DNA of 58,008 nucleotides from Wenzhouxiangella sp. Lineage in GTDB: Bacteria; Pseudomonadota; Gammaproteobacteria; Xanthomonadales; Wenzhouxiangellaceae. Positions 1-8,522 of this stretch are shown here, in pieces. Position 1 is the first letter of the stretch. Every line of letters begins with the position of its first letter. The notes beneath the pieces are model-generated. The model did not search any database. It worked only from the letters and a program-made list of their open reading frames with translations, and was not told the origin of the DNA. The DNA lies in contig SKKV01000141.1 of the NCBI GenBank assembly GCA_007123575.1, forward strand, positions 1 to 58,008. The letters run 5' to 3'. The translations under genes were made by a program, and so were the position numbers.

Positions 1-506
1 CCCAGCGCATCGCCGAACGCTGCTCGGCTGGTGTGCGATCTTCCGACGGTTGCGGCCTCTTCGGCTTGCCGCATTGCCCTCGGCGGGCCGGTGTGATCCG
101 CGCCCTGTAGGGGCTGTTCGGCGCAAACACACGCGCGACGGCTTCGCTCCCTTACTGCTTGCGCTCCGCGCAAGACGTGCGGTCGCTCTCGCCTGCACGC
201 GCGACGAACTGGTAGAGCAGTGTTTGTTCGGGTCGGTGGCGCTGGTACCCAACACTGTGCATGTCCAGACGGCCTGCCCCTCATCGGCTTGCGTCATGCC
301 AAACGGCAGGATCGCAAGCAGCGGGCACACTGTCAGTCGGTCAATGGCTCGTTATCGAGTAGGAAATCGAACCGCCATGGGTCTCGTCAAGGAGGGCGGG
401 CAAGGCACCCGGCGTCCGCGCCGAGGCGGGTGACGGTGTCCCTGCCGGCCGGTGGATGACGCGATGGGCCGCCGGCTGGATTGCTGCGGAGACGAATCAT
501 GAGTGT

Positions 507-538
507 GGGTAGTAATTTTTACCACCCTATGCTACTTT
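507..538 (+). promoter_or_regulatory. Putative parDE promoter with inverted-repeat operator
   Basis: GGGTAGTAA-TTT-TTACCACCC (8/9 inverted repeat, 507-527) directly followed by TATGCT / TGcTACTTT -10-like sequence, about 30 nt before the antitoxin ATG; TA operons are typically autorepressed via such palindromes. Confidence 0.55.
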
Positions 539-569
539 GCTGAAATCACAGCTTAAAGAGGTCAAGACC

Positions 570-854
570 ATGTCTGCCCGAAACGCCAAGAGCATCGCGC
601 TGACGCCGCAATGGGCTCGCTGGGTCGACGATCTGGTGGCCAGCGGGGAGTACCAGAGCGCCAGCGAGGTGGTCAGGGATGGCCTGCGCGCCCTGCATGA
701 TGATCGCGAGCGGCGCGAGGCCGAACTGGCCGAGATTCGCGCACGCCTTAAGCTTGCGCTGAAGGAGGCGGATGCCGGCACCTTGGCCGAGGGCTCGGGC
801 GAGGCTGCGGTCAAGCGCGCCTTTGACCGCGCGCGCGCAGCCATGTCCGCGTGA
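570..854 (+). CDS. parD: Type II antitoxin, ParD/CC2985 ribbon-helix-helix family
   Basis: SIALTPQWARWVDDLVASGEYQSASEVVRDGLRAL is the ParD-like RHH signature; AGAGG RBS before ATG 570; GTGA overlap with toxin. Confidence 0.9.
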   Translation: MSARNAKSIALTPQWARWVDDLVASGEYQSASEVVRDGLRALHDDRERREAELAEIRARLKLALKEADAGTLAEGSGEAAVKRAFDRARAAMSA

Positions 855-1174
855 AGCCCTGGCGACTGACCCGGCGCGCCGAGGACAGCCTGGTGGAAAT
901 CTTTGCCTGGACCCTGGACCGGTTTGGCGAGCGCCAGGCCATCGCCTACCGCGATACGCTGATCGAGCGCATCGATGCCATTGCCTCAGGCCAGCCGCCA
1001 CATCCCCGACCGTGCGGCCTGTTGATGGGCGGGCATCCCGGCGCCAATGACCTCGTGTATTACCGGGAAGGCGGTCACTACATCATCATGCGCAACTCGG
1101 AAGAGGCGTTGATTGTGCTTGAATTCTTTCACCAGGCCACTGACCTGCCCCGGCACCTCGAGGCCTTGAAGTGA
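851..1174 (+). CDS. parE: Type II toxin, RelE/ParE family
   Basis: WRLTRRAEDSLVEIFAWTLDRFGERQAIAY N-terminus and HYII..LEFFHQATD C-terminus typical of ParE; coupled to ParD. Confidence 0.88.
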   Translation: MKPWRLTRRAEDSLVEIFAWTLDRFGERQAIAYRDTLIERIDAIASGQPPHPRPCGLLMGGHPGANDLVYYREGGHYIIMRNSEEALIVLEFFHQATDLPRHLEALK

Positions 1175-1227
1175 CCCACGCGGCAAATCGATATTGTTCC
1201 CCGTTTCGCGCATAAGGACTAACCAAC

Positions 1228-1704
1228 ATGGATCTGGAACTGAATGGCAAGGTCGCGCTGGTTACCGGCGCCAGCCGCGGTATCGGGCGAGCGATCGCCG
1301 AAGGACTGGCTGCCGAAGGCGCACGACTGGTGATCGCGGCGCGCGGCTCGTCCGCGCTGGAGGAGGCCAAACGCGCGCTGGAGGAAATGGGGGCCGAGGT
1401 GCTAGCCGTGCCGACGGATGTCGAAAGCCTGGATCCGCCGCAGTTCGACATGCCATTGCTGCACGGACGCATGTCCGGCCAGTATTTGTTTGACGGCATC
1501 CCGTCGACCGGTTTGCAGCTGATCGTGGGCGAGTTGGCTGACGATACCAACTTCATCTTCGCCCGCAAAAACACGAACCACCGAAGTCACCGAAAACACC
1601 GAAAGATACGATCAAGTATTTCGGTGTCTTCGGTGTTTTCGGTGGTTCCTGAAGGTTTTTTTAGCGCAGCTTTGCTGGCGAGTGCCATTGCAATAAATCG
1701 GTAA
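1228..1704 (+). pseudogene. Truncated/chimeric short-chain dehydrogenase (SDR) remnant
   Basis: First ~65 aa are a clear SDR Rossmann start (VALVTGASRGIGRAIA...VPTDV); no NAG or YxxxK follows; the frame runs into unrelated sequence and an inverted-repeat element. Confidence 0.7.
1575..1648. repeat. Inverted repeat built from 3+3 tandem 9-mers (CACCGAAnn)
   Basis: gaacCACCGAAgtCACCGAAaaCACCGAAa...tTTCGGTGtcTTCGGTGttTTCGGTGgttc. Confidence 0.9.
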
Positions 1705-1760
1705 CATTCGGCTGATACGGTTGGAAATTGGCTCGCATCGGGTTCGCAAGCCCAGTCTTC

Positions 1761-3323
1761 ATGTTCTCTGCCTCCTCAATTTCGGCGCTCGCCTTGCGAC
1801 TTCTGGTCGCCTTGTTGCTTGGCGTCGGGCTAAGCGCCGCCGTGCTGGCCGAAGACCGGGACCCGCCGCCGTTGCCGGAGGTTGATGGCTTTCCCAGCCA
1901 GCCAATTCGTCTGATTGTCTATACCAGCCCGGGCGGCCTGATTGATGTGACCGCGCGGCGTTTTGCCCGCATTGCCCAGGAAGTGGCCGACCACCCGTTT
2001 GCGGTAATCAATCGGCCTGGTGGCGGCGGCATTGTTGCTTTCGAGGAAGCCTTGCGCGAGCCGGCCGACGGGCATCGCTTCCTGGCCGTGACTCGGTCGA
2101 ATATCTCGAAGATGGTGGCCACTGGGCGCGAGGATCTAATCGATCGCATCCACTGGCACTCCTACATCATGGATAACGCCCATGTGCTGATCACCAACAA
2201 GGACGCAGGTCCAAGCAACTGGGATGAGTTGCTGGCGGTAAACGGCCAGCGCGATCAGCGCTGGCTGGGAGTGGATATTGGCGGCGTCAAGCATATATCT
2301 GGGGTCAAGATGGCCGAGCAGGCCGGGATCGACATGCGCTGGATTCCCTACGGGAGCGGTGGCGAGGCCGTCGCCGCGCTGCTCGGCGGGCTGGGCACGG
2401 CTTATCTGGGCAACCCGCGCGATGCGCTGACTTCCGACCGGCTGCGGGTGGTCGTGGTCGCTGCCGAAGAGCGACTGCGCGCGTTTCCCGATGCACCGAC
2501 GTTTGCCGAACTGGGCATCGAAGGTCTGGAGGACGAACTGATCTGGCGGGGGTTTGCTTTCCGCAAGGGCGTATCCGACGAGATTCATGCCTGGTACAGC
2601 GCGCTGATCCGCCAGGTGCTGCACGATCCGCGCTGGGTCAGCTCTTGGCAGCACGAGGCGGTCAATCTGCGCTACCGCTCCAGCGCCGAGTTCGAGCGCT
2701 TGGTCCAGCGCGACCGGGAAGAGTTTCGCCGCTACCTGGCCGACCTGGAACTGCTGCCAGGCAACGAAGACTCGGCCAGTGGCATCCGCCGCTTGAGCCA
2801 GGGCACCGGGCTGTTTGGCGCCATCGGCACCGCCGCGGCGCTGATTGTCGGTCTCGCCCTGGTGCTACCGCGCCATACCGGCAAGGTCAGGGCCGGTGAG
2901 CTGGCGTTGCTCAGCGCGCTATCGGCAGCCGGCGTGATACTTTTGCTGATGAGCCTGGCCCTGCCACTGGCCAACCCGGTTGACCCGATCGGCGCCGGCG
3001 GCGTGCCAAGGCTTTGGATTGCCGTGCTGCTACCGCTGGCCGCCTGGCAGGTCTGGCGCTGCCTGCAAAGCCCGCGGGAGCCGGAGCCTGCGCTGCAGAC
3101 CGGCCGCATGCTCGGCGCTGTTGGACTGTTCCTGGCCTACCTGCTGCTGATTCCCGTGCTCGGCTACCTGCTGACTTCGCTGATCTACATGCCCACCCTG
3201 ATCTGGTACCTGGGCTATCGCCGCCTGGTCGTGATCGCGGCGCTGACCGTTTCCTGGCTGTTATTCTCGGAGTTCGTGTTCCAGCGCCTGCTCCACGTCG
3301 ACCTGCCGCGCGGGTTCTGGTAA
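1761..3323 (+). CDS. Tripartite tricarboxylate transporter TctC (substrate-binding)-TctB fusion
   Basis: Signal peptide; FPSQPIRLIV..SPGG..D..AR, NRPGGGG, IPY.SGGEA..ALLGG, PDAPTFAELG TctC motifs; then an extra TM helix and a TctB-like domain ending FVFQRLLHVDLPRGFW; start uncertain (1728 or 1761). Confidence 0.85.
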   Translation: MFSASSISALALRLLVALLLGVGLSAAVLAEDRDPPPLPEVDGFPSQPIRLIVYTSPGGLIDVTARRFARIAQEVADHPFAVINRPGGGGIVAFEEALREPADGHRFLAVTRSNISKMVATGREDLIDRIHWHSYIMDNAHVLITNKDAGPSNWDELLAVNGQRDQRWLGVDIGGVKHISGVKMAEQAGIDMRWIPYGSGGEAVAALLGGLGTAYLGNPRDALTSDRLRVVVVAAEERLRAFPDAPTFAELGIEGLEDELIWRGFAFRKGVSDEIHAWYSALIRQVLHDPRWVSSWQHEAVNLRYRSSAEFERLVQRDREEFRRYLADLELLPGNEDSASGIRRLSQGTGLFGAIGTAAALIVGLALVLPRHTGKVRAGELALLSALSAAGVILLLMSLALPLANPVDPIGAGGVPRLWIAVLLPLAAWQVWRCLQSPREPEPALQTGRMLGAVGLFLAYLLLIPVLGYLLTSLIYMPTLIWYLGYRRLVVIAALTVSWLLFSEFVFQRLLHVDLPRGFW

Positions 3324-3327
3324 ATCG

Positions 3328-4806
3328 ATGATTGAATCCTTGTTCGGGGGGCTGGGAACGGTCGTCGCGCTGGTCCCGCTGCTGACCATTGTCGCCGGCA
3401 TCGTCCTTGGCATTCTGATCGGCGCCATGCCCGGTTTGTCGCCGTCGATGGGCGTGGCTTTGATGGTGCCGTTCACCTACGGCATGTCGCCGACCCTGGC
3501 CCTGATCCTGCTGGTGGGGATTTACATCGGATCCAGCTACGGCGGCTCGATCACCGGCATCATGGTCAACGCGCCGGGCACGCCGTCGGCCGTGGTCACC
3601 GCCATTGACGGCTTCGCCTTGACCCGCCAGGGCAAACCGGCCACGGCCCTGGGTACCTCCATCGTCGCCTCGTCGGTCGGCGGCATGTTCGGCACCCTGA
3701 TCCTGATCCTTTTCTCGGTGCCGCTGGCTGCCGCCGCGGTGCGCTTCCACCCGTCTGAATATTTCGCCTTTGCCCTGTTCGGCATGGCCACGATTGCCAC
3801 CCTGGCCGGCGACAATTGGGGCAAGGCCTTTATCGCGATGATGGTCGGCCTGCTGATTGCCACCGTTGGCACCGATCCGATTTCGGGTGCCGAGCGCTTT
3901 ACCTTTGACAAGACCGCCTTGTCCGACGGCTTCATGCTGATCCCGGCGCTGATCGGCATTTTTGCCTTGAGCGAGGTGTTTCGGGGTATTGAAAAGGGCG
4001 AGATGCGGCTGGAAAAACTGGGCAAGGTGACCGATCGCTGGCCACGATTTGCCCACTATTGGAAGCTCAAATGGGTCACCCTGCGCTCGGGTGCCATCGG
4101 CACCCTGGTTGGCGTTTTTCCCGGTGCGGGCGCCACCATTGGCTCGTTTATCAGCTACGGCCTGGCCAAGCGCTTCAGCCGCCATCCCGAGCAGTTTGGG
4201 CAGGGCAGTCCGGAGGGTGTGACCGCTTCCGAGGCGGCCGATTCCGGCTCGGTCGGTGGCGCTATGGTGCCGCTGCTGGCCCTGGGCATTCCAGGCAGCG
4301 CAACCACGGCAGTGCTGATCGGGGCAATGATGATTCACGACCTGACACCCGGCCCGCAGCTGTTTATTCGCAGCCCGGAGATGATCTATGCGATCTTTGC
4401 GGCCATGCTGGTTGCCCAGTTCGTGCTGCTGATTGTAGGCATGGCCGGGGGCAGGCTGTGGGTGATGGTGGCCCATATTCCGAAAGAACTGTTGTATGTG
4501 CTGATCACGATGATGGCGTTGATCGGCTCATACGCGGTTCGAAACTCACTGTTCGATGTCTTCGCCTGCTTGGGCTTCGGCCTGCTCGGCTGGATTCTGC
4601 GCCGCTACGGATACCCGCTGGCGCCGGTCATTCTGGGTCTGGTCCTGGGCAGTATTGCCGAGACCAACTTCCGTCGGGCCATCATGATGGATGGCTTCAG
4701 CGTGTTTTTCACCCGCCCCCTGACCTTGATTCTGATTCTTCTGGCCGTGGCGTCTTTCCTGATTCCGCTATCCGGGCGTTTGCGAAGCAATCGGCATCGG
4801 GCTTGA
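3328..4806 (+). CDS. tctA: Tripartite tricarboxylate transporter large permease TctA
   Basis: GAMPGLS, YGGSITGIMVNAPGTP, GVFPGAGAT, LALGIPGS motifs; polytopic; follows TctCB. Confidence 0.93.
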   Translation: MIESLFGGLGTVVALVPLLTIVAGIVLGILIGAMPGLSPSMGVALMVPFTYGMSPTLALILLVGIYIGSSYGGSITGIMVNAPGTPSAVVTAIDGFALTRQGKPATALGTSIVASSVGGMFGTLILILFSVPLAAAAVRFHPSEYFAFALFGMATIATLAGDNWGKAFIAMMVGLLIATVGTDPISGAERFTFDKTALSDGFMLIPALIGIFALSEVFRGIEKGEMRLEKLGKVTDRWPRFAHYWKLKWVTLRSGAIGTLVGVFPGAGATIGSFISYGLAKRFSRHPEQFGQGSPEGVTASEAADSGSVGGAMVPLLALGIPGSATTAVLIGAMMIHDLTPGPQLFIRSPEMIYAIFAAMLVAQFVLLIVGMAGGRLWVMVAHIPKELLYVLITMMALIGSYAVRNSLFDVFACLGFGLLGWILRRYGYPLAPVILGLVLGSIAETNFRRAIMMDGFSVFFTRPLTLILILLAVASFLIPLSGRLRSNRHRA

Positions 4807-4829
4807 TGACTTGCTGGTACCGGGATGGG

Positions 4830-6140
4830 TTAAAGGCCGGTAGCGATGGGTTCGAACAAGCGGGGAATCTGATCACAGCAGCGCGACTCTCCCAGCTCGA
4901 TCACCTGGCCTTCCTGTAGGACAGCACCGGTATCCAACCCATTGAGCTTCTTGAGCGCACGGACCGGAACGCCCTGGTCGCGAGCAATGCCCCAGATCGT
5001 GTCCCCCGGCTGCACGCGGTACTGGTCTGGCAGCAGGGCGGGTTCGCCCGGCGGAATCTGGATCAGCTCTCCCGTTCTGACTTCGGTGCGGCTGTCCATG
5101 CCGTTGCTGCGGCGTATTGCGGCAACGCCGACTGAATAGCGCTGCGATAGCGACCATAAGGTTTCACCCTGAACAACCTGATGCCAGTTACGACTTTCCG
5201 GCCGACGACTTGCCTTTTCCGCCAGCAATAACTGGCGAGAATGGTGATACTGAGCGCCTTTTCCATTGCCGCCCGCGCTCGGCCTGGCCAGGTCAAGCGC
5301 GGCCAGCACGCGCTTATGATCCGATGCATGAACGTGCAGTTTCCGACCAGGCTCTACGGGGGCATCGATCTGACCCAGGCCTGCATTCAGCGCGACCAGC
5401 GAGGCCGGGTCGAGGTCGGCATGCACCACCAGCCGGGCCAGATCCACCGCCGCAGGCAACTGGATGCTGACCGCGCGACGTGCCGGCACCGGGGCCGGCC
5501 AGCGGTATTCAAAACGATCAGGCGCTGCAAGCAGGCAGGCCAGGCCCATCAGTCTGGCCAGGTAAACCCGGGTTTCTCCGGGCAGGGCCTCGCTATGCCA
5601 TGGCTGTGGACCAATCTGTCCATTCAGGTGCAAACGGCCAACGCGACCGGGGCCCGCATTGTAGGCGGCCAGAGCCAGGTCCCAGCGGCGCCCCAATCGC
5701 CAGTACAGGGTCTCCAGGTAGTTCAGGCCACCGGCAATGGAGATCGGCAGATCGCGGCGCGCGTCGAAGCTTTCGTCAATGGTCAAGCCCAACTCCAGCG
5801 CGGTCTGCTCCATCAACTGCCAGGCGCCGGCCGCGCCGCGCCGGGAGAACGCATAGGCGTCAAACCCGCTTTCCAGAATGGGTACCAGGGCGATTTCACC
5901 GGGCAGCCGTCGAACCTCGATCTCGGTGGCAAGCAGTTCCACCCATGGCTCAGCCCGATTCAGCACCTGATCCAGAAAATCGGGATGAGCGGCGTAGTGG
6001 CGTGTCCACTCCAGTACCGAATCGTCAGCCGCGCAGGCATCCAGGGAGAACTGGTCAACCAGTCGCTGCCAGTGCTCTGCTGTCGCGGTCGCAGACAGCA
6101 ACCATGCCGGCAGCAGCAACGTCCAGGCCAGCTTGTTCAT
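4830..6140 (-). CDS. Lytic murein transglycosylase with LysM domains (MltD-like)
   Basis: GGAGG RBS, signal peptide, SLT motifs ILESGF, AAGAWQLM, LAAYNAGPG; two C-terminal LysM repeats (HQVVQGETLWSLS, YRVQPGDTIWGIA). Confidence 0.88.
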   Translation of the reverse strand: MNKLAWTLLLPAWLLSATATAEHWQRLVDQFSLDACAADDSVLEWTRHYAAHPDFLDQVLNRAEPWVELLATEIEVRRLPGEIALVPILESGFDAYAFSRRGAAGAWQLMEQTALELGLTIDESFDARRDLPISIAGGLNYLETLYWRLGRRWDLALAAYNAGPGRVGRLHLNGQIGPQPWHSEALPGETRVYLARLMGLACLLAAPDRFEYRWPAPVPARRAVSIQLPAAVDLARLVVHADLDPASLVALNAGLGQIDAPVEPGRKLHVHASDHKRVLAALDLARPSAGGNGKGAQYHHSRQLLLAEKASRRPESRNWHQVVQGETLWSLSQRYSVGVAAIRRSNGMDSRTEVRTGELIQIPPGEPALLPDQYRVQPGDTIWGIARDQGVPVRALKKLNGLDTGAVLQEGQVIELGESRCCDQIPRLFEPIATGL

Positions 6141-6275
6141 GATCGTTCCTCCATTGCAAGCATGTCGCCCCCTGCCGCGGGCGAGCATTGTGCCGCATTC
6201 GGAGCGCCATCGCCAGCCGAGCGACCTGAACGGCAATTGGCTATCATGCTCGGCTTTCAGGCCTAGTTGTTACGC

Positions 6276-7478
6276 GTGACCACTACTGAAAGTCTGTTGC
6301 TGGCCCTGGCCATTGTGCTGGCCGTGCCCTACCTGATCTGGCGCCTCGGTCAAACCGAGCGCTGGGCGCCGCTGGTCGTGATTCAGATCCTGACCGGGAT
6401 CGCGCTGGGACCTGGGCTGCTGGGCGCGCTCTTTCCGCAGGCCTACCAGGCCATTTTCACCACCGAGGTTATCCTGATGCTCGGCGGCATTGCCACCTGG
6501 GGGGTGATCCTGTTCGTCTGGCTGGCCGGCCTGGAGCTGGACCTGCCCCAGGCCTGGGTCAATCGGCGCGACAGCCTGGTCACGGCCGGCTTCGCCCTGC
6601 TTGTGCCCATCATTTGTGGTGGCCTGGTCGGCATTTTGCTGCTCATGCACAACGCCGACTGGATGGGCCCGGCCGCCCAGCCCTGGCAGTTCGTAGCCGG
6701 CATTGGCATGGCCTGCTCGGTCACGGCCCTGCCGATCCTGATCCTGCTGATGGAAAAACTCGATATCCTGCGCCGCCCCCTGGGCCAGCGCGTACTGCGC
6801 TATGCCAGCCTGGACGATATCGCGATCTGGGGCGTGCTGGCCTTGATCCTGGTCGACTATGAGCGCATGGGCAAGCAGGCCACGTTCATCATCGGTTTCG
6901 TGGTTGCCACCTGGGTGATGCGCCGCAGCCTGCCGCGCCTGCCGACGGCCGATCGCTGGTTTGTCGCCCTGGTCTGGCTGGCCCTGTGCGCGCTGGCGGC
7001 CGACTGGGCCGGCCTGCACTACATGGTTGGCGCCTTCTTAGCCGGCGCGGTGATGGAGAGCAAGTGGCTGGGACAGGAGCAGCTTGACCGACTGCGCCAC
7101 ATCCTGCTGCTGATCATGATGCCGGTGTTTTTCCTCTCTACCGGTCTTCGCACGGAGTGGGAAATGGGCGGTATCGCGGTGCTGGTGATCGCCGCCGCCC
7201 TGCTGGCTGCGGCCGTGATCGGCAAGCTCGGCGGTGTCGCCATCGCCGGCAAGCTGCTGGACTGGCCGCCGGGCCAGGCGCGCGTGGTCGGCTGGCTGCT
7301 GCAGACCAAGGCCCTGATCATGATCATCTTCGCCAACATCCTGCTTGACCGCCAGGTGATCAGCGCCGAGATATTTACCTCCCTGCTGCTGATGGCGGCG
7401 GCCAGCACGATGCTGACGATACCGATGGTGGTGAAGAGCGGGAAAAGGGAAAAGGGAAAAGGGGAAGGGGTGGCTTGA
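6276..7478 (+). CDS. Cation:proton antiporter (CPA2/Na+/H+ exchanger family)
   Basis: Polytopic; GIALGPGLLG, AGLELD, SVTALPIL, ASLDD, GAFLAG, PVFF..TGL motifs. Confidence 0.88.
   Translation: MTTTESLLLALAIVLAVPYLIWRLGQTERWAPLVVIQILTGIALGPGLLGALFPQAYQAIFTTEVILMLGGIATWGVILFVWLAGLELDLPQAWVNRRDSLVTAGFALLVPIICGGLVGILLLMHNADWMGPAAQPWQFVAGIGMACSVTALPILILLMEKLDILRRPLGQRVLRYASLDDIAIWGVLALILVDYERMGKQATFIIGFVVATWVMRRSLPRLPTADRWFVALVWLALCALAADWAGLHYMVGAFLAGAVMESKWLGQEQLDRLRHILLLIMMPVFFLSTGLRTEWEMGGIAVLVIAAALLAAAVIGKLGGVAIAGKLLDWPPGQARVVGWLLQTKALIMIIFANILLDRQVISAEIFTSLLLMAAASTMLTIPMVVKSGKREKGKGEGVA
7440..7470 (+). repeat. Short purine heptamer tandem repeat (GGGAAAA)n at gene end
   Basis: GGGAAAA GGGAAAA GGGAAAA GGGGAAGGGG encoding the antiporter's last residues. 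Confidence 0.75.
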
Positions 7479-7532
7479 GTTGGCTTCAGGTCGTGGGGCC
7501 AAGGCAGGCACTGTGGCCTCCTGAAGGCTTCA

Positions 7533-8432
7533 CTATTTGCTGGCCAGGAAGCTGCGGATCCAGGGGACGATACGGTCGGCGGCATCTTCGAGGACATAAT
7601 GGCCGGCATCTTCCAGGTACTCGATGCGGGCTTCGGGCAGGCGTTCGCGCCAGATGGCCAAAACCTTGTCGTTGAAAACGAAATCTTTGGCGCCCCAGGC
7701 AATCAGCACCGGCTTGGCGGCCAGCTGGTCCAGGCGCTGCTCGGTTTCGGCCAGCACTGACCAGGCCGGATCGCTTTCGCTTAAAGGAATGTCCTGGACA
7801 AAGCGCAGGGTTGCCAGGCGCTGATCCGGGCTGCCCTGATACGGTGCGACCAAGCCCCTGGCAACCGCTTTCGGCAAACGGCGTTCAGTAGCCATACGCA
7901 CGGCCAGTCCGGAGAAGGCGTTGAAGCGGTTGATCAGAAATCCGCCCAATCCGGTGCGGGCGAAACGCAATGAGGCCGGCAGGCTTTCATCAGCCGGGAT
8001 ATTGAACGCCCAGGTATTGAGCAGAACAAGGCGGCGTACGCGCTCGGGATTGCGCACGGCCCAGGACAGGCCGATGGCCCCACCCCAGTCATGCACCACC
8101 AGATCCACCGGCCGGGTCGGCTCAACCGCATCCAGCCAGTGCCCGAGATCGGCTACCCGGCTGTCCAGGGTATAGCGGTAATCGCTATCACCGGGCCGAT
8201 CGGACAAGCCCATGCCGATATGGTCCGGCACCAGGCAGCGATGATTGTCGGCCAGCCCCTTGACCACCTCACGGTAGTAAAACGACCAGGTCGGATTGCC
8301 ATGAACCATGACCACGGGCTGGGCCGAGGCATCCCCCTCGTCCAGGTAATGCAGCCGATGACCGTCAGCCTGCTCGTGGAAGTGACTGGCGAAGGGATAA
8401 AGTTCGGAAGAAAACACGGGAAGAAGGCTCAA
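7533..8432 (-). CDS. oleB: Alpha/beta hydrolase, OleB-like (beta-lactone decarboxylase / haloalkane dehalogenase-like fold)
   Basis: HGNPTWSFYYR, PDHIGMGLS, HDWGG nucleophile, AGHYVLED; immediately downstream of oleA; TTG start uncertain. Confidence 0.8.
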   Translation of the reverse strand: MSLLPVFSSELYPFASHFHEQADGHRLHYLDEGDASAQPVVMVHGNPTWSFYYREVVKGLADNHRCLVPDHIGMGLSDRPGDSDYRYTLDSRVADLGHWLDAVEPTRPVDLVVHDWGGAIGLSWAVRNPERVRRLVLLNTWAFNIPADESLPASLRFARTGLGGFLINRFNAFSGLAVRMATERRLPKAVARGLVAPYQGSPDQRLATLRFVQDIPLSESDPAWSVLAETEQRLDQLAAKPVLIAWGAKDFVFNDKVLAIWRERLPEARIEYLEDAGHYVLEDAADRIVPWIRSFLASK

Positions 8433-8514
8433 GGTTCAAGGAACAAGGTTCAAGCAGCTCAGGTTCAGGGGTCGGGAAACCGCCCTGAACCCTGAAACCT
8501 GAACCCTGAAACCT
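8424..8514. repeat. Inverted element made of tandem heptamers
   Basis: AAGGCTC AAGGTTC AAGGAAC AAGGTTC...CAGGTTC AGGGGTC / CCCTGAA CCCTGAA ACCTGAA CCCTGAA ACCT; the arms are mutual reverse complements (imperfect). Confidence 0.85.
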
Positions 8515-8522
8515 TTATTTAC

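Noticed and set aside
50-459. ORFs 50-433 and 220-459 as genes
   Set aside because: Arg/Pro/Ala-rich with no motifs, no RBS and non-ATG starts
1575-1648. CRISPR array (also considered for 8424-8514 and 28381-28452)
   Set aside because: Units are 7-9 bp, contiguous and lack unique spacers; no cas genes in the window
2911-4476. Long antisense ORFs (also 13995-15443, 22207-23679, 32133-33317, 36540-38006 and others)
   Set aside because: They are shadows of real genes on the opposite strand, expected from high GC3, and carry no motifs
7533-8432. Haloalkane dehalogenase
   Set aside because: Same fold, but its position directly behind a clear oleA favours OleB
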